Position numbers and translations under genes: made by a program. The notes under the pieces are model-generated. The model was not told the DNA's origin. It did no database searches and saw only the letters and a program-made list of their open reading frames with translations. A stretch of 55,963 nucleotides of DNA, filler included, from Sphacelaria rigidula (lineage: Eukaryota): assembly GCA_964200075.2 (NCBI GenBank). It is 3 parts of 3 records of this genome, joined end to end, with 100 filler letters (N's around TTAATTAATTAA, not from the genome) between each part and the next. Parts side by side here need not be neighbours in the genome. Positions count along the whole stretch, not along the records: positions 1 to 18,590 come from CAXNAA020000829.1; positions 18,691 to 37,277 come from CAXNAA020000830.1; 1 more part is not named here. One strand, 5' to 3'. Shown piece by piece: positions 11,801-34,071 of this stretch. Numbering within the stretch: the first letter of the stretch is position 1; each line of letters opens with the position of its first letter.

Positions 11801-14800
11801 GACTCCCCCGCCGCCACCGCCTTTATGTCAACGGCCGCTGGCATCGACCGCCTTCCGTTCGCAACCACTACCAGCGATGAGGTGAGACGTGAAGATGCGA
11901 CCATTTTCTGTGGGCATTTGAAAAAACATTAGTCCACTGCACATATCCGTACAAGGGAAGCAACTTGGGTAATGTGACGAGGTAGTCGTGGGGGAGCGCC
12001 ACAATCAACAAAGAATTGTTTTCCATCCCTCATGTATCTACAGTAAGCCGGTCGCCCCCGTGGCTTAGTTGGTAACCTGGAAACCTTCTCACGCGTGGTT
12101 TGTGGACTCAAATATCAGAGCGACTTGGGATTCTGTCTCGCACCATGACGAACAATGGACAGCAATAACAATTTTTCGCGAGAAGACACGAAATCCGACT
12201 TCATGGTCGACGAGAGTAAACTGCTGAACCCCTCTCGCGATGAGAAAAATGAAGGCAAGCACCGCACAAGAACGGAGAGGTAAAAAAAAAGGAGCGCCTG
12301 TGTTGACCCCCTCCTGTGTGACCCTGATTGGTGCGCCCGAAAATACCGGGAATAGACCGGCGTCCATAGTGGATGAGGAATAACACGACACACACAAACT
12401 CCAACCCGCACAAAACTCGAGTATTCCCATGTAACCGGCCATACCTCCGTGTTTTTTACTTGTGAACCGTGACTTTTCATTGTCTACTTCCAATATGGTC
12501 CACGGTGAGAGTGGACATCCGTGTCCAATGCTGAAATCCATGTTCCTCGAATATTCGGAAACAGGTCCGGAAAGCGTACGATGCTTCCGAGGGCGACAAG
12601 GTCATCATTTTGAAGAAGTTCGACGAGGGAAAGGCCGTCCTTGATGTCACCGCGACGACCTCCGTGGTAAGACACCTTTCCGGATGATACCCTGGATCGC
12701 CGATGTAGTTCCATCTATCTTGGCGTAATTTTTCGCTCGACTCGGGTGGGAATGTGCTTTGAGTAGGCGCGTGTTGGATCCGCTTTGGGCAATGGAACAC
12801 CTTGATACCTTGATTGTACACGGTGACGCTTTCTACTCGCCTTCGTGGTTGGTTTCAAAAAGGCCCTTCCCTGCGAGCCGTTGTGATTCTATGTCCTTCA
12901 TCCACTAAGTCGCCTGTCGGAATCGAAAGTTTATATTTCTTGTTGTGTGATTCGACCTAGAACAGTATTCGTCACTCGTTGATGTCCTCCGTGAAAAAGG
13001 CTGGTACTAGATGAATGATCTAATTCCGCCCGGCCCGTCTCTTTCTACTGCGATCGTTCTGCCCACGGTCATTTCCCACGGCGAGACCAGGAGGACATGA
13101 CAATCTTCGTGGACTCGTACTCGCTGCGCCTCGTGACCGTGTTCTCCCCCGAGACGTCTGCTGCTATCTTCGGTGGAGCCATCAAGGTGAAAACAACCTG
13201 GAGTAGAGAGAAAGATCTTGTCTTCAAACTTTTCAAAGAGGTGTCTCGTTCCCGACGTCTGTCAACTTGGGAGAAGTCGGACCTTGAAAAGCGAGCCGCG
13301 CCCTGTCCCCGTCGACGTTTTATATCATTTACACGGGCAAATCATGATGGCTTTGAAATTCGATGTGATTCGTTTTGCCGGATAATGAACTACGTTGTGG
13401 AAGAAAGCTCCGTATATGATATCGACTCAATGGTCTAATTTGATGGACGAAGAGGATCCGAGCGGTACGCAGGACACTCGGCGACATCGTAATCCGTTTT
13501 TAACCGCGTGGTACGTTTCGACATGAAGACTTCACGGTGAAAATCGAAATATGTAGCGTACGCCAAACAGGAGGGAGTTTCCCCTTTCGTGCTGGGTTTT
13601 CGAGTAAATGAACTCAAGACCGCCCGGGATTATGTCGTGTGCTGGAAACAAGGTTGTAGTTGCCACACCCTGAACAAGAAAACACTGTCGGAACGTGTAA
13701 TGCGTACAGTATTAACTATTGTGCCTTTTGCAACAACAGATTCCACGCTGTACGACGCACATTGTTTGACACTGTAACGTATTGTTTGATGTGTGGTAAC
13801 TGCACGAATGCAGTCCGCCTTGAGAGCTATATGTTTGTAGGTGAATGAATTTATGATTAAACCCTCGCGTCGAATTCACCGTTCGTGACTCTTTTTTGCG
13901 TCTGATTTTCCCCTCGTGTATCAGGTGCACATGCTGTTCATGAGCGACGAGTCGACCGCAGCGCACGACGGGAATGTGGCTGCCCTCACCAGCGTAAGTT
14001 GTCAGGGACACGCAAACGCACGGAAATAACATGCCTCGAATTAAGAAATCTTCGTCTTTCGTCAAATTTGCTTCTCGTTCGGTGATGTCGAAGTGCCTGC
14101 CGACCTTATCGTTTTTGGTCGTGAGCCGTGTACCTTGTCTACTTGGCTACATAGTCCGCGATTCACTCTGAGTTTACTCAACGAGTTTGGGGATGACACT
14201 GCAGGGGCATCGATCACTTCTCCTGCAGGTCCGTAGTTGAAAATATTGCGGACGGATGGGACATTGTTTTGATCACGTCATGCCGTAAACGGCGGAATTC
14301 CCGTCTACTTCGGTCAGCTCAAGTTTTGTAAACGAGTTAAATGGGGTCCCATGGGTTGGGTGCATGAACTACTGTCGAGAGTGACTGGGAACGAACTCGG
14401 TGGCATGACGGCTGAAACATTATCTTGTCAGAAGCCGCGTGTTGTTGTCTTCACATCGAAAAAAAAACGTTCCGATATCTGCACAGTACTCTGTATTGGG
14501 CATCTGATGTGGATGCCTTCCGTTATCACTGACTAAGTTCCTCAAGCTCGAGTGGAAGGATCATCAATTTAATTGGACACAAAAACATTTGAGAACTGCG
14601 AAACAGTAGAAATGAAAATAAAATAAAAAATCTCGTGAGTACAAAGAAGGGTTGTAGAAATTTATCACTCTTGTCTAATTTTTCCCGTTCGTTGTCTTCC
14701 TGACGGTGGGCCCTTGCGCCACTGTTTGTGTGCTCGCGCGTCGTTCTGACTCAACGACAGGTGGCAGAGAAGCAGCGTGGAAAGATGCTGCACGTACACG

Positions 14801-16981
14801 TGCCACACACCGAGGAGCGAGTGCTGGACTACTTCGGTGCCACCGTCGACAATTTGCCGATGGCGGTGATCGCTGACATGTCTTCCAACAAGTCCATCAA
14901 GAAGTACACGTGAGCTGCTGTTTCGAAGCCTCGACAATTTGTATCTGTCTGAATTGATTCCCCGACCCACTTCTTACCTCTCGGGTAGCTAGCTTCCTGA
15001 GGGAAGATCTCTTCTCCCAACTCGAACAGCGTTTCATCACTTCTTCACCCCGCCATTTGCATCACCTCTTGACGAACTCATGGGAAAAAGTATGAACAGT
15101 TTCAAAAACACGCGCACACATGGAAAAGTGCTTCTCTCAACTGATGAAAGCTTTCGATAGTAGGGGTGATGAGGGAGTGATATCAGCCCACCCCATGGAT
15201 CGCTCTTCGTCTGTATGTTGTCTCGCACTAGTTTTGAAGGCGAGATCACCGCCGACGCCTTGCTGGCCTTCGAGCAAAAGTTCGCCGCTGGTGAGCTCAA
15301 GCCCAGCCTGAAATCCGAGGAGCCATCCGAGGAGGACCTGAAGGAGCCTGTAAAGGTGGTCAAGGGGAAGTCCTTCAAGAGCATGGTCCTTGATACCGGT
15401 AAGATGATTCTGCATAACATACTTGAAATCTGTCGGCTAACGGGCTTCCGTTTCTGTCGGTGGACGTATCTTTGAGCCCGGCGTGGCCAATGTTTAGCCG
15501 GTGGAACGCGCCCCGTGATGGATTGGTAAGATTAACAGGGGGTGTGTGGGGGATGGAGTGTACTTTGATTTTGATCAACAAGAATACGTCCCACTCCCGA
15601 CCACGACATTTATTTTTACTCCCGTCCGCTCAAAACTCCGATGGAAAGAGTCGAGAGACGCTCCAGGTGAAAACATGGGGGGGAGGGGGGATCGAGGATA
15701 ATTGTGGTGAACCAGTCAAACCAACGCTCACACAGCGAGAGTAGGATCATCGGATGAATCGGCGTCAATTTTGCTTGGGAAAAGTATTCACGATACCGGC
15801 AGACTGCCTTCGCCTCTAAGAGTCGGCAAGTGTCTGGGTGTGCCACGTAAGTCAATCCGGTGGAATGTGGGTCGTGTCGCCCACACAACTTGAACTTTTC
15901 TCCTCGTCTACGCACTTCGCTCGGCGTTTCTTTCCATACGGTTCATGCTGTCGAGCAGACAAAGATGTCTTCGTCGAGTTTTACGCGCCGTGGTGCGGGC
16001 ACTGCAAGTCGCTGGCCCCCAAGTACGACGCCCTCGCAGAGCAGTTGGCTGGTGTGGAATCAGTGGTGATCGCGAAGATGGACGCCACGGCTAACGAGAT
16101 CGATGTGGAGGGGGTAAGTCGTATGAAACGGCCCAACACGCGGGCGTGCAGTTGCATCCGGAGTTTCGAAGGCAATTTACTGGTGGGGACGGACACACAT
16201 AGAACAGGCGCCCACGAATTTCTGAAGGGTTCTGGTGATGCGCTACATTATAATGTTACCGGGAGAATCTCTTGAAGTGCAGCGAATGCAAGGAGTCAGT
16301 GCGGACGATCTTGATGATGCCCGCCTGACGGAGACGGAGAGGGAGGTTGATGAATGAAGAGGGGGGGGCGCGGATGTATTGAAATATCACACTCGTGATG
16401 TACGCTCATGTGGATAGAGAACTCACTGTCGAGCGATACGGCGAATGCTCATTTATTTGGATGACAAGCCGCATCCACGTGTAGAGAATTCTTGCAGCAA
16501 GATGATCAAGGGTGCACAGTGCTCACCTTCGCCCGTCTTAGGACCACGCTCACCGCAAGGGTTTTTCATACGTCATCTCATCTGTCCCGCGTTCCTGTGT
16601 TCGTACGTCTGCATGACACCCCACGGGTTGCAGATCGAGGTGCAGGGTTTCCCTACCCTGTTCTTCCTGCCGGGAAAATCGAAGGGGAAGCCCATCCAGT
16701 ACGAGGGTCCGCGTGAGACGGAGGACATGGCCAAGTTCATCATGTCGAAGGTGAAGGCAGGAGTTGTGTTGATTTCTCCTTGATCTCTCGCCGAGCCAAT
16801 TCATACAGCGATATACTCTCCAAGTGACCCCTGAACGTCAGCTGCTTCAGTGTTGGTAATCAGCGAAACCGCCTGCTCTTCCGTCCGCACGGTTTTGTTG
16901 CCCCGAAAAATCATGCTACAGGCATCAACACCATTCAAGCTCGACGGCGTATCTTCCGAGGATGCGCACGAGGAGCTATGA
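8835..16981 (+). CDS. PDI: Protein disulfide isomerase (a-b-b'-a' type, ER-resident), 5' partial
   Basis: GT-AG exons with compatible phases: 8835-8897, 10426-10542, 11143-11304, 11723-11881, 12565-12666, 13091-13186, 13925-13993, 14761-14909, 15232-15398, 15959-16113, 16634-16750, 16922-16981. They encode [13 protein letters not shown], two [12 protein letters not shown] motifs, two GFPTL motifs, LKSEE and C-terminal AHEEL-stop. Confidence 0.96.
12047..12398 (+). mobile_element. tRNA-headed SINE, longest copy (PDI intron)
   Basis: A-box-like tggcttagttgg head, body ctgctgaacccctctcgcgat...cctgtgttgacc and a CA-rich tail. Homologous to three other copies in the window. Confidence 0.75.
13640..13800 (+). 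repeat. Dispersed repeat fragment, homologous to about 30510-30660
   Basis: gtcggaacgtgtaatgcgtacagtattaactattgtgccttttgca matches gtcggaaagtgtagtgcgtacagtatcgactattgcgccttttgca. Confidence 0.65.
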
Positions 16982-18306
16982 TCTTGAAAAACCTCATCGA
17001 ACTGATTTTTGCGAACTATAAAGAGGAGGATGATCAAGTGTGTCTTCTTCTGGAGTCGTTACACCTTTTTTTGCGGAGGCGTGCCTCCGTATGTTGTGAT
17101 TTTCGACATTTGGGAAAAGGCGTGAGGACACAGGGTAAAAACGTTTGATGCCGTCGTTAGATGTACGTTAGGGCGGTTCTCTAGCTCAGCCGAACTTTGG
17201 GGGGGAAGGTGCATGTCGCGCGTATGACTTTGTCGACATATCTGTATAAATGTGATGAAAAGGTCGACACGGAAGAGTAGTTGTCTTGTTTGCAGTCACA
17301 CGTGTCAACCTATGCGATATCGGCATCTTTGTTCTTTGAACGATCTTGAGGCTGTTTGATGTTGAGAAAAACATTAGTTGAGTAGTTTAACCTGTTGGTG
17401 TCGACGTTTGCTCGCGTGTTGATGAAACAGCCCGAGTCGACATGAGGTTCGAGGCGGTTGCTATTTTCTGTGTTCCCGCCGTTTCAGTAAGATTCGCCCC
17501 CCCCCCCCCCCCCAAGCTAATAAGTATTTATTGTGCGCACCAAAATAAAGTGTTGGAAATTCAAGCGGGGATCACTCCCCTTCTGCGGAACAACGTTGCG
17601 CCACTTTCAACAGGAGACGGTTCATTTGATAAGTGACGTGGTGGCCCGGCGGCGCCGCGAGAGCTGCCGGGAGTTTCCAACGCTCGTGAAATCCCAAGAC
17701 GCGAGTCTCACGCCAGATGAACCCGTCACGACATATACTATATCTAGCCCGACTAAATTACTCACGCTTCTCGAAACAAGCTGAATACCCCGTACCGCTG
17801 ATCTATCCTCCATCTTCAGTCACCGTCAGAGGTCTCTTGTCCCGTCGAGGATTATCACCCAGCCTTCCCATACTCCGTTGTACTGTTCTTACAGGGTTAC
17901 CACGTTGGAACCATGTGGACACAGATTTTGAGGTGATCGTTGCGCGGACCGCGCGAGGCATTTGTAGCCACCCAGTAAGTTCACGGTTCAAGGGTGACTC
18001 CGCGTCCGCGTTTATACGTGCCAAAACCTTTCTTGACACCAATTCCCTGTCCAATCGAAAGATGTGTGAAGCGGCGCGTGCTCGTGAAAGAACGTTGTTG
18101 CGATATCAATCGCAGCTGAGCCGGTCGTGGGGCGGAAATTGCGTCCGATCCTTAGACTCGGATACCACAACTGACCGTGCAGTATATATTCCTGGACGGT
18201 TCGCTTCACTGTTGCAACAGTCTCACTGCTTGCAAGCGAGCCAGGTGAGGTTGGACACCTTGAAATGACCTACTCTTCACCAGCTGAGGTTGTTCTACGA
18301 GATCAT

Positions 18307-18762
18307 AACAGCCCATCATCTATGTTGAGGATGGTGCTTTTCATTGAGGATGAGAATCGGGAGGATTAAAATCTTCGTATCCACACTAGATCTTCGAAAT
18401 ATGGTTCCATTTCTTTACCTACTGGTGGCTAATTACAACTGGTACATGTCCTAAACTAGCTAGCTAATTACAACTGGTACATGTCCTAAACTAGCTAGCT
18501 AATTACAACTGGTACATGTCCTAAACGTTTGGGATATGTAGCACTTATAATTAGCTACCAGTAGGTAAAGAAATGGAACCATATTTCGAANNNNNNNNNN
18601 NNNNNNNNNNNNNNNNNNNNNNNNNNNNNNNNNNTTAATTAATTAANNNNNNNNNNNNNNNNNNNNNNNNNNNNNNNNNNNNNNNNNNNNACGAAGATTT
18701 TAATCCTCCGGGTTCTCATCCTCAATCAAAAGCACCATCCTCAACATAGATGATTGGCTGTT
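18307..18762. repeat. Long palindrome spanning a scaffold gap, with three 34-bp tandem units at its centre
   Basis: 18307-18378 is the reverse complement of 18691-18762, and 18393-18435 pairs with 18548-18590. The unit gctaattacaactggtacatgtcctaaactagcta-like is repeated about three times in the middle. Confidence 0.85.
18591..18690. other. Scaffold gap with artificial linker
   Basis: 44 N + TTAATTAATTAA + 44 N = 100 nt. The linker has stop codons in all six frames. Confidence 0.95.
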
Positions 18763-18771
18763 CGATCCGGT

Positions 18772-19097
18772 TTTTGAAAGGCGAATGCGCCGGCCAATAT
18801 TTAGAGTTGGAGCGTACAATTTGGTATGGACAGTGCATAGGGCATGAAAGATATAGTTAAGAAAGCACCAGTTTTTGTTTTCGTGAGTTAAGGGCAATAA
18901 TCAATTTTCAGGTATCGGTAAAAAAACGCCCTTAACTCACGAAAAAATGGAAACAAACCTTTTGGTGCTTCTTCATTATTATTTTTATTATTTTATGCCC
19001 TGTGCATTGTCCATACCAAATTTTACGCTCCAACTCTAAATATTGGCCGGCGCATTCGCTTGCAAACTTCAAATCCGCCTCTGGGCTGGCCCAGCTC
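18772..19097. mobile_element. About 295-bp hairpin element with conserved 3' flank (copy 1)
   Basis: gcgaatgcgccggccaatatttagagttggagcgta pairs with tacgctccaactctaaatattggccggcgcattcgc, followed by caaacttcaaatccgcctctgggctggcccagctc. Homologous to 37490-37815. Confidence 0.85.
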
Positions 19098-19145
19098 CTA
19101 CATGTTCCCAACGCTCGCATTATTATAATACGAGGTTCGTATATA

Positions 19146-19716
19146 CTTCCTCTGGGGCGAAATATAAGCTCGTTTGGAAAAGCGCAAAATATAAGCTCGA
19201 TTTACTAACAGGCGTTTAGAGGACCGCTAGGGTTATGGAGACCACCAAAAAATTGAAAAATTGTGGTTTGCATGTATTTTGCATGATGTATGAAAATCAA
19301 GTCAATTTGGGGGCGGGGATGGCTTGTTTTCATCCCCGGGGGGTTAATGACGCTTAATACCACCCCCCCTGGCACCTGACTTGAGGTGGTGTGCTACGTC
19401 GCGTCCTCGGCGAAACTAAAAAAAAAATGGTTCTAGAAGGTTCTCCGAAACGCCGCGAGAACCATGAAACGACCGTTTCGAAAAAAAAAGGATGGGAAGG
19501 CTTCCAACCGGTGGATTTCCGTCTTTTGTTTTTTTGTCACCTGCTTGCCGGGTGAGTAGGTACTGCTGTGTTTGGGACTCAGAAAAGACATCGGTTTTGG
19601 GCTTTGCTCGAGGTGCTCGCGAAAACGGCAAAAAAAACCGTTCACAAAGACTTGCAAATGGGAACGAGATATGTCACTTTTCCTCCAAGCGAGCTTATAT
19701 TTCGCCCCAGAGGAAG
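19146..19716. mobile_element. Stowaway-like MITE with TA target-site duplication
   Basis: TIRs cttcctctggggcgaaatataagctcgtttgga / tccaagcgagcttatatttcgccccagaggaag (one mismatch), with TA on both sides. Confidence 0.85.
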
Positions 19717-22700
19717 TATTTTCGAAGCACATGCCTACGAACCGAAGTCTTGTCGTACGTATTATTGGTTTCCTTGAGGCTGTGTTTCCTGATCGAGAGT
19801 ACAACATTTTTTGCCACCTCAGTTTTGAAAATTCTTTGTGACTACAACAATCACTTTGAGTCCTATCGAACGCGGCTTCACGACTTTGTTCAGATACAAG
19901 CCGGATCTGTGCGCAGGTAAAACAAGCGACGGTTCTATCAGCGATGGTTGGTCTATGATATCTGCGGGCGCATGAAAGACTGGAGAAAAATATCGACGTT
20001 CTGTACACAACTCCATCGCAAGCTCTTGCTCATGTACACACAGCAGTCTTGGTTTGACCACGGGCGGTCCAGTGCTGTTCGTTGTCAAAAAGATGGAGAT
20101 GCAATGTTGTTCCTATTTAATACTGTGGACGCATTCTGCAGCCTTTATAGTTCATCATCCGCGGCTTCAGTTGGAGATGGTCATGCTCTAAGGCCTGAAA
20201 ATTGCTGAGACTAGAGGGGCGGACGTCCGTGGAAGAGAGTTCTCCACATCAGCACGGATATATGGCGTGAATAAACATCAAATTGTAACTCGCACCTTGG
20301 CGTGTTTTTGGGACGATGTAAAAGTTCTGCAGTAGGGCGATCACGCGCCTGTCAGGGGGTGGTGAATATTTTCACACGGGAGCATGTAAGCGAAGAATAT
20401 TCGTTTAATTCTGATAAAAAAAACCACACGTTGTAAAAATCATCACCTTTCTGAAACAACCAAAGAACGCTATCAAATCTCAAATCTGTTGGTCCAGAAA
20501 CACGAGATATGTGACCCCGGAGTCAGGAAGCCAAAACGCAACTTTCGAGCTACTCGATGTGCTCGGAGTCCGGCGCTCTTAGGAGCGAACATGAGAAAGG
20601 GGAGCCAGCTGATCCAGATGATGATCCGGATAAGCATACTGAGATTGATTTGGTCGACTGATTGTCGCACTTCAACTGACTCCCCAGGAGTGAGAAGTAA
20701 TTTTCAGATGGATGATGATCTGTCCGATCTGTGGAGAAGAATACAGAAACCATCGCTGTCGATCTCAGACCGCCGTGGTAACCGCCACGCTAACTCTGGC
20801 ACTGTGAGGGAGGAGACCTTTGCCCCTGCCCGAACACGTCCGCAGTGGTCCTTGGCAGAAGACAATCTTCTCCTCGGCGACGTTGTGCGGCCGGGTCTTC
20901 CTCGATACGGCGCGTAAAACCGGGGGGCAGCTGTCTCTATCATCTGAAGAACCTCAACTGGTGGTCATTTCCAGTCTTGGTGCCAGCCTCGACCGACGGG
21001 AGGCCTACGTAAATAACAAGGATGACAAGATCTACGCTAGCCTCCGCGCGAATTTCATGTCGTTACCCTCTAGTTTTTGGAATCACGGCAGCATCGTGCA
21101 TAATCATTCTTTGAAACCAGGCAGCGCATAAAACGCCTTGGGACGCCGAAATTGCTGTGTCAACACCTGTCTGCGGCTTCAAGCCACAAATACGTCAACT
21201 TTCATCATCACTAGACGCCAGGTGTGCTGTGCAGGGGCACCCAATCTTCAACAGTACCGCCTCCATATAATTGAAAAGGAACACTGGATTATTTACAGAA
21301 ATATGAATTTCTAATGCGTGGGTAACATTTGAACCGGTCATGCTCCGCAGCGTGGGATTGCTGAAGTAAAAGGGGCACATGCCCTCGGAAGAGAGGTGCA
21401 CACATCAGCACGGGAAAGTGGCGCTACATTCAACCGACCCCAAGCTGAGGAGCCCGGCAAAAGGGTGCATGTCACAACGGCGGGAGGAAGCGCTCAGTAC
21501 CCGGTATATACCGCGGCCCAGGAATCCACGACAAGGATGATTGTGTGTTCCTCGAGCCGGCATTACATGGGGTACTGTTGTGTACTGAATGTGTGGCGCA
21601 AATTATGTCTCGGCAGGGCTGGAATTTACTATTCTCTATTCTGAAATGAGGTAAAATAGTAAAAACTCCCTAGAGGTCCATCACGCGACTGTCGGGCAAA
21701 ACGTAACGATATCCATCCACGTGGGAGCGTCCTCTTTGGTAACTCCGGATTGATCATGATGGAAGACAACAGCAACCGCCCCCGCCGTCGTTAGACTGCC
21801 GTGGTCTCCTGCTCGTGAAGCCTGGTACTGTCTGGAAGGGAACGTTGCCCCCTTCTCGAGCAGCCTCAGTGGTATTTTGCTGGACCCTGTTCTCTTTGGC
21901 TCGGCTGTACGGCCGCGTCGTACGCGAGACGGCGCATAAAACTCGAGGGCATGCCCACCTGAACATATGACGTACCTTGTGGTGGTTGTTTTCTGTCTTA
22001 CTGCAAGCATTGTGTAAGCGGCCGACATAAACGACGAGGCTGGCAAGATGTGCCGCTGCCTCCGCGCGGATTTCGTATCGTTTCTTCTCACACTTTCATA
22101 AGAAAGTTGGAAATGTTCCGGAAGAGTTATCAGGACCAGTTTCTGCGGGAACCAATCCCGAATCCGGCGAAACCCCAACCTGTGCCAAATCGGGGGGGGA
22201 CAGATTCGCGAAACTCACATGCTTGTGTACCCTATCATGGCTTCACAGATGTGTTGAGATAGTTTTGTACACGGAGGGGCACTTCCTGCAGGGATGTGGT
22301 ATCGAATTCACCGTGAAGCCGAAGAATAGGCATTAAATCATCCTTCGAGAGCAACGTCGTCGTCCTGAGGTACCCTCGGGTATAATGTAGCGCAGTATAA
22401 AACACTGTCACAGGACACCATAATGCCTTGTGATGTATGATTGTACAGTCGGTATTGCGAGAACAGGGAACAACAGTGGACAAAAGGAGTTCGAGAGTGC
22501 AGTGCCATTCATGAACCTGCAAGTATAGCGACATCAGAGAGATGGATAGGACAGTACCATTCGTTATGGTGATGCAGCAGCGCATTGCAGCAAAATATAT
22601 CATAGCCGCAGGATACGGAATCAACCGTCTTCACCGTCTATGAAACCCGTGCGAAGCTACTCCGGCAGCTGGCGCGAGCAGGGACGGCCTGTGCTGTCGC

Positions 22701-23906
22701 GAGACTGCTGCTGCGGTTGCAGAAATATCAAACGTCTGTTGCCCTATCATCGTGCGTTGATCCATGTACGTAACTTCCTACAGATTCGGGGGGCCTCGAT
22801 TTCCCCCCGAACTAGGCTCAGATTCGGGAACTTTTTTTTTAAATCGTGACATACAAATCTAAGCTCCCCCGATTTGGGCCAAATTAGGGTCTGTGGAAGG
22901 CGTTTCCCGGTTTGAGTTCCCCCGATCTGCCCGCGTACAGATCGAGATTGGTTAATATCATGAATTATGGAATTACATCTTGTATATTTTCTATGGATAC
23001 AACAAATCGCTTCACGTTCAGCACGATCTCTCCGCGCTGGGGAGGGGCGATCGTGATCCTTGCTCAGATTTCCTGCATACACTGGTATGGGATTTATCAC
23101 GATATCGAGCCCCGTGGCCTGAATTTTAACCTTCAGAGGTGAACAGCTTGAAACATGGCGATTGACCGTATTCCACACGGAAGATATAGGATCATCCCTT
23201 GAGATCACGGACTCTTCTCACGGAGAGGGGGCGGGAATTGAAACGGGGACAAAAAATGGCCGCGTCGTATGCCTGCCCGCAGCTCGAGGACATGTGTTCT
23301 TGAAACAACTGTCGATGGTGACAAACTCGTATTTGTTTCGTGGTGCTCTCCTCGAGTGATCATTCGGTACGTGTTCTAAGTATTTTGGTACACATTAAAG
23401 AAACGTTGCTAAATACATCAAGATGTTGGAAATAATATTGTAGGGTGTACGTTAGTGTGAGAGGATATGGCGTCTGTACATAACAAAGATTATGGGTGTT
23501 TGGAGGCACCTGCATCTTGGCAATTGCCAAACTATTGTCATTTTGTCGATCCGCTCGATCTGTGATCTGTAAGAATATTATTTTTTGACCATGTGAAGGG
23601 TCGGCATATGCTGTGGTCGCTGCGAGTGGTTTCGTGGGGTCGAACCAGTCGCACAACCGATGCCAACTGTGAGTGATGAGACCATTGATGTTCCAGGTCA
23701 CAAGCAGTTTGGACGTCGCATTAGTAGTAGCTCATACTAGAAGAGTTGTACAGCGATACCATCTCGGAGTTAGTGGACTATTTGTTTTTGAAAATCAGAG
23801 TACTTTTAGATTCATATCCGATGTTCACGTTAAGAGCCTGCGATGGTCGTAGCATATTAGGTTGTCGTTAACTAGCGCCGGTGTGGCTTCCCTTATCCAA
23901 CTTCAG

Positions 23907-32646
<8,740 letters not shown>

Positions 32647-33289
32647 GCATTCTTCCTCTTCGGACGAACGAGTACGGGTAAGAAGGTGACGATTGAAGAT
32701 TTGACTCGAAGTCGCCGCGAGTCATGTATAAACAACGAGCCATGCTGTACATTCCTTGCTAGCTAGACCGTTTTTACTACCGTGAGCGTGAGAACGGAAA
32801 GTTTCAAATTTTGCTTACGAGACTCGCACTCCCGGTAGCTGTACGTATTCAACGAAGACTTCATGAAGTAAAGCAGCCCATAGGTTTTGTTGTCGTCATT
32901 AATGTTGTCCGCTGGACGAGAGAGCGTGCTTGGCATCGTGGCCTAGTGAATAGCGAAGTTGGAAGCGCATCGACGGGAATATAAATTCCAGTTTGCAGTG
33001 GTTACCGGCACGCGTAAGATGCGCCCTGGATACCGTTCCCCCCGAGAGTATGACGAGTTATCGAGTATATTCTTGCCCTGTGCCACCCCCTAGCCGTGTC
33101 TGATCTGATTGTTTGTTTGTTTTTTGTCGAATTATTGAATGTTTTTTCAGTATAAATCATGTTTTTTTACAGCTAGGGCCTGAAGATTGCGGCCGAATGG
33201 CCGGGAAAAACAGCCGGCCAAAAATGGCCGTATTTCGCCTCCTTTCCCAGGGGAGAGATAGAGTCGGGAAAAAAATGAAATGATCGTCG

Positions 33290-33650
33290 TCACCATCACT
33301 GGAATTCGATGCCAGGAACTTCCAAGCCTTATCAAAAGCCCCCTTATCGTATTTCACCACCCTTTTCAATGTTCCCGCCTTCTGCGCCTTCCTCGCCCCC
33401 GTATTTGCCACGCTAGAGAAGGTATTGCCCAACTGGCCGAGTGTTTGATTGTCAAACTTGAAGAGTTTTTGCCACACCCGTTTTAAGGAGTCACCGTACT
33501 GCTGGAAGATGGTCTCCACCAAGTCGTCCACCGTACTTGCATTCATCCCCCACACCCTTGTCTTGAGAAATGCAAAGAAACACAAGTCATTAGCGGTAAA
33601 GTCAGGTGATTGGGAAAGCTGATTGAAAGGCTCTACCAACTGCGTACAGC
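33290..33650 (-). pseudogene. Mariner-type transposase C-terminal fragment
   Basis: QLSQSPDFTANDLCFFAFLKTRVW resembles the QPPNSPDLNxLDLGFFxSL motif of plant/stramenopile-type mariner transposases. Frameshifted. Confidence 0.7.
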
Positions 33651-33724
33651 AAGACGGCGCGACCTCCCACATGGGAAGAAATAATTTGGGGATTCTTGAT
33701 TCGGTGGGGATGGGGCGGGGGTGA

Positions 33725-34070
33725 CTGGTGAAGCTTGCGACCCAGCCTTCCCAGTCATCTGACATGAACGCTGATAACTTGTGTTTCATCGCATCTCTCA
33801 AGTCTAGAGTGTAGGGGATTATTGCAAGTACGGTAGACGACTTGGTGGAGATTATTTTCCAGCAGTACGACGGTGACACCTTCAAACGGGTGTGGCAAAA
33901 CCTCATGAAGTTTTACAACCGAACACTCGACCAGTTGAGCAATACCGACTTGAGTATGGCACATACGGGGGCGAGGAAGGCGCAGAAGGTGAGGCCGTCG
34001 GGAAGGGTGGTGAAATACGATAGGGGGCCTTCGACAAGCCGTGGTGGTTCCTGGCATCGAGTTCCAGCGA
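33725..34070 (+). pseudogene. Mariner-type transposase C-terminal fragment (inverted partner of 33290-33650)
   Basis: VKLATQPSQSSDMNADNLCFIASLKSRV*...STVDDLVEIIFQQYDGDTFKRVWQ, with an in-frame stop. Confidence 0.7.
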
Positions 34071-34071
34071 C

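Noticed and set aside
12055..12130. tRNA gene
   Set aside because: Only an A-box-like segment is present, with no full cloverleaf or T-arm. It is the head of a SINE.
13660..13848. Small Cys-rich ORF (CAFC...CLMC) as a zinc-finger microprotein
   Set aside because: It lies in a dispersed repeat whose other copy (about 30510-30660) is frameshifted, and there is no splice or start support.
18428..18526. Three 34-bp repeats as a mini-CRISPR or iteron set
   Set aside because: Head-to-tail with no spacers and next to a gap, so slippage or artefact is more likely.
18635..18646. TTAATTAATTAA palindrome (also at 37322-37333)
   Set aside because: Centred in identical 100-nt N blocks, so it is an assembly linker and not biology.
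33157..33906. 249-aa ORF as an intact gene
   Set aside because: A chimera reading through the antisense of one mariner fragment into the other.
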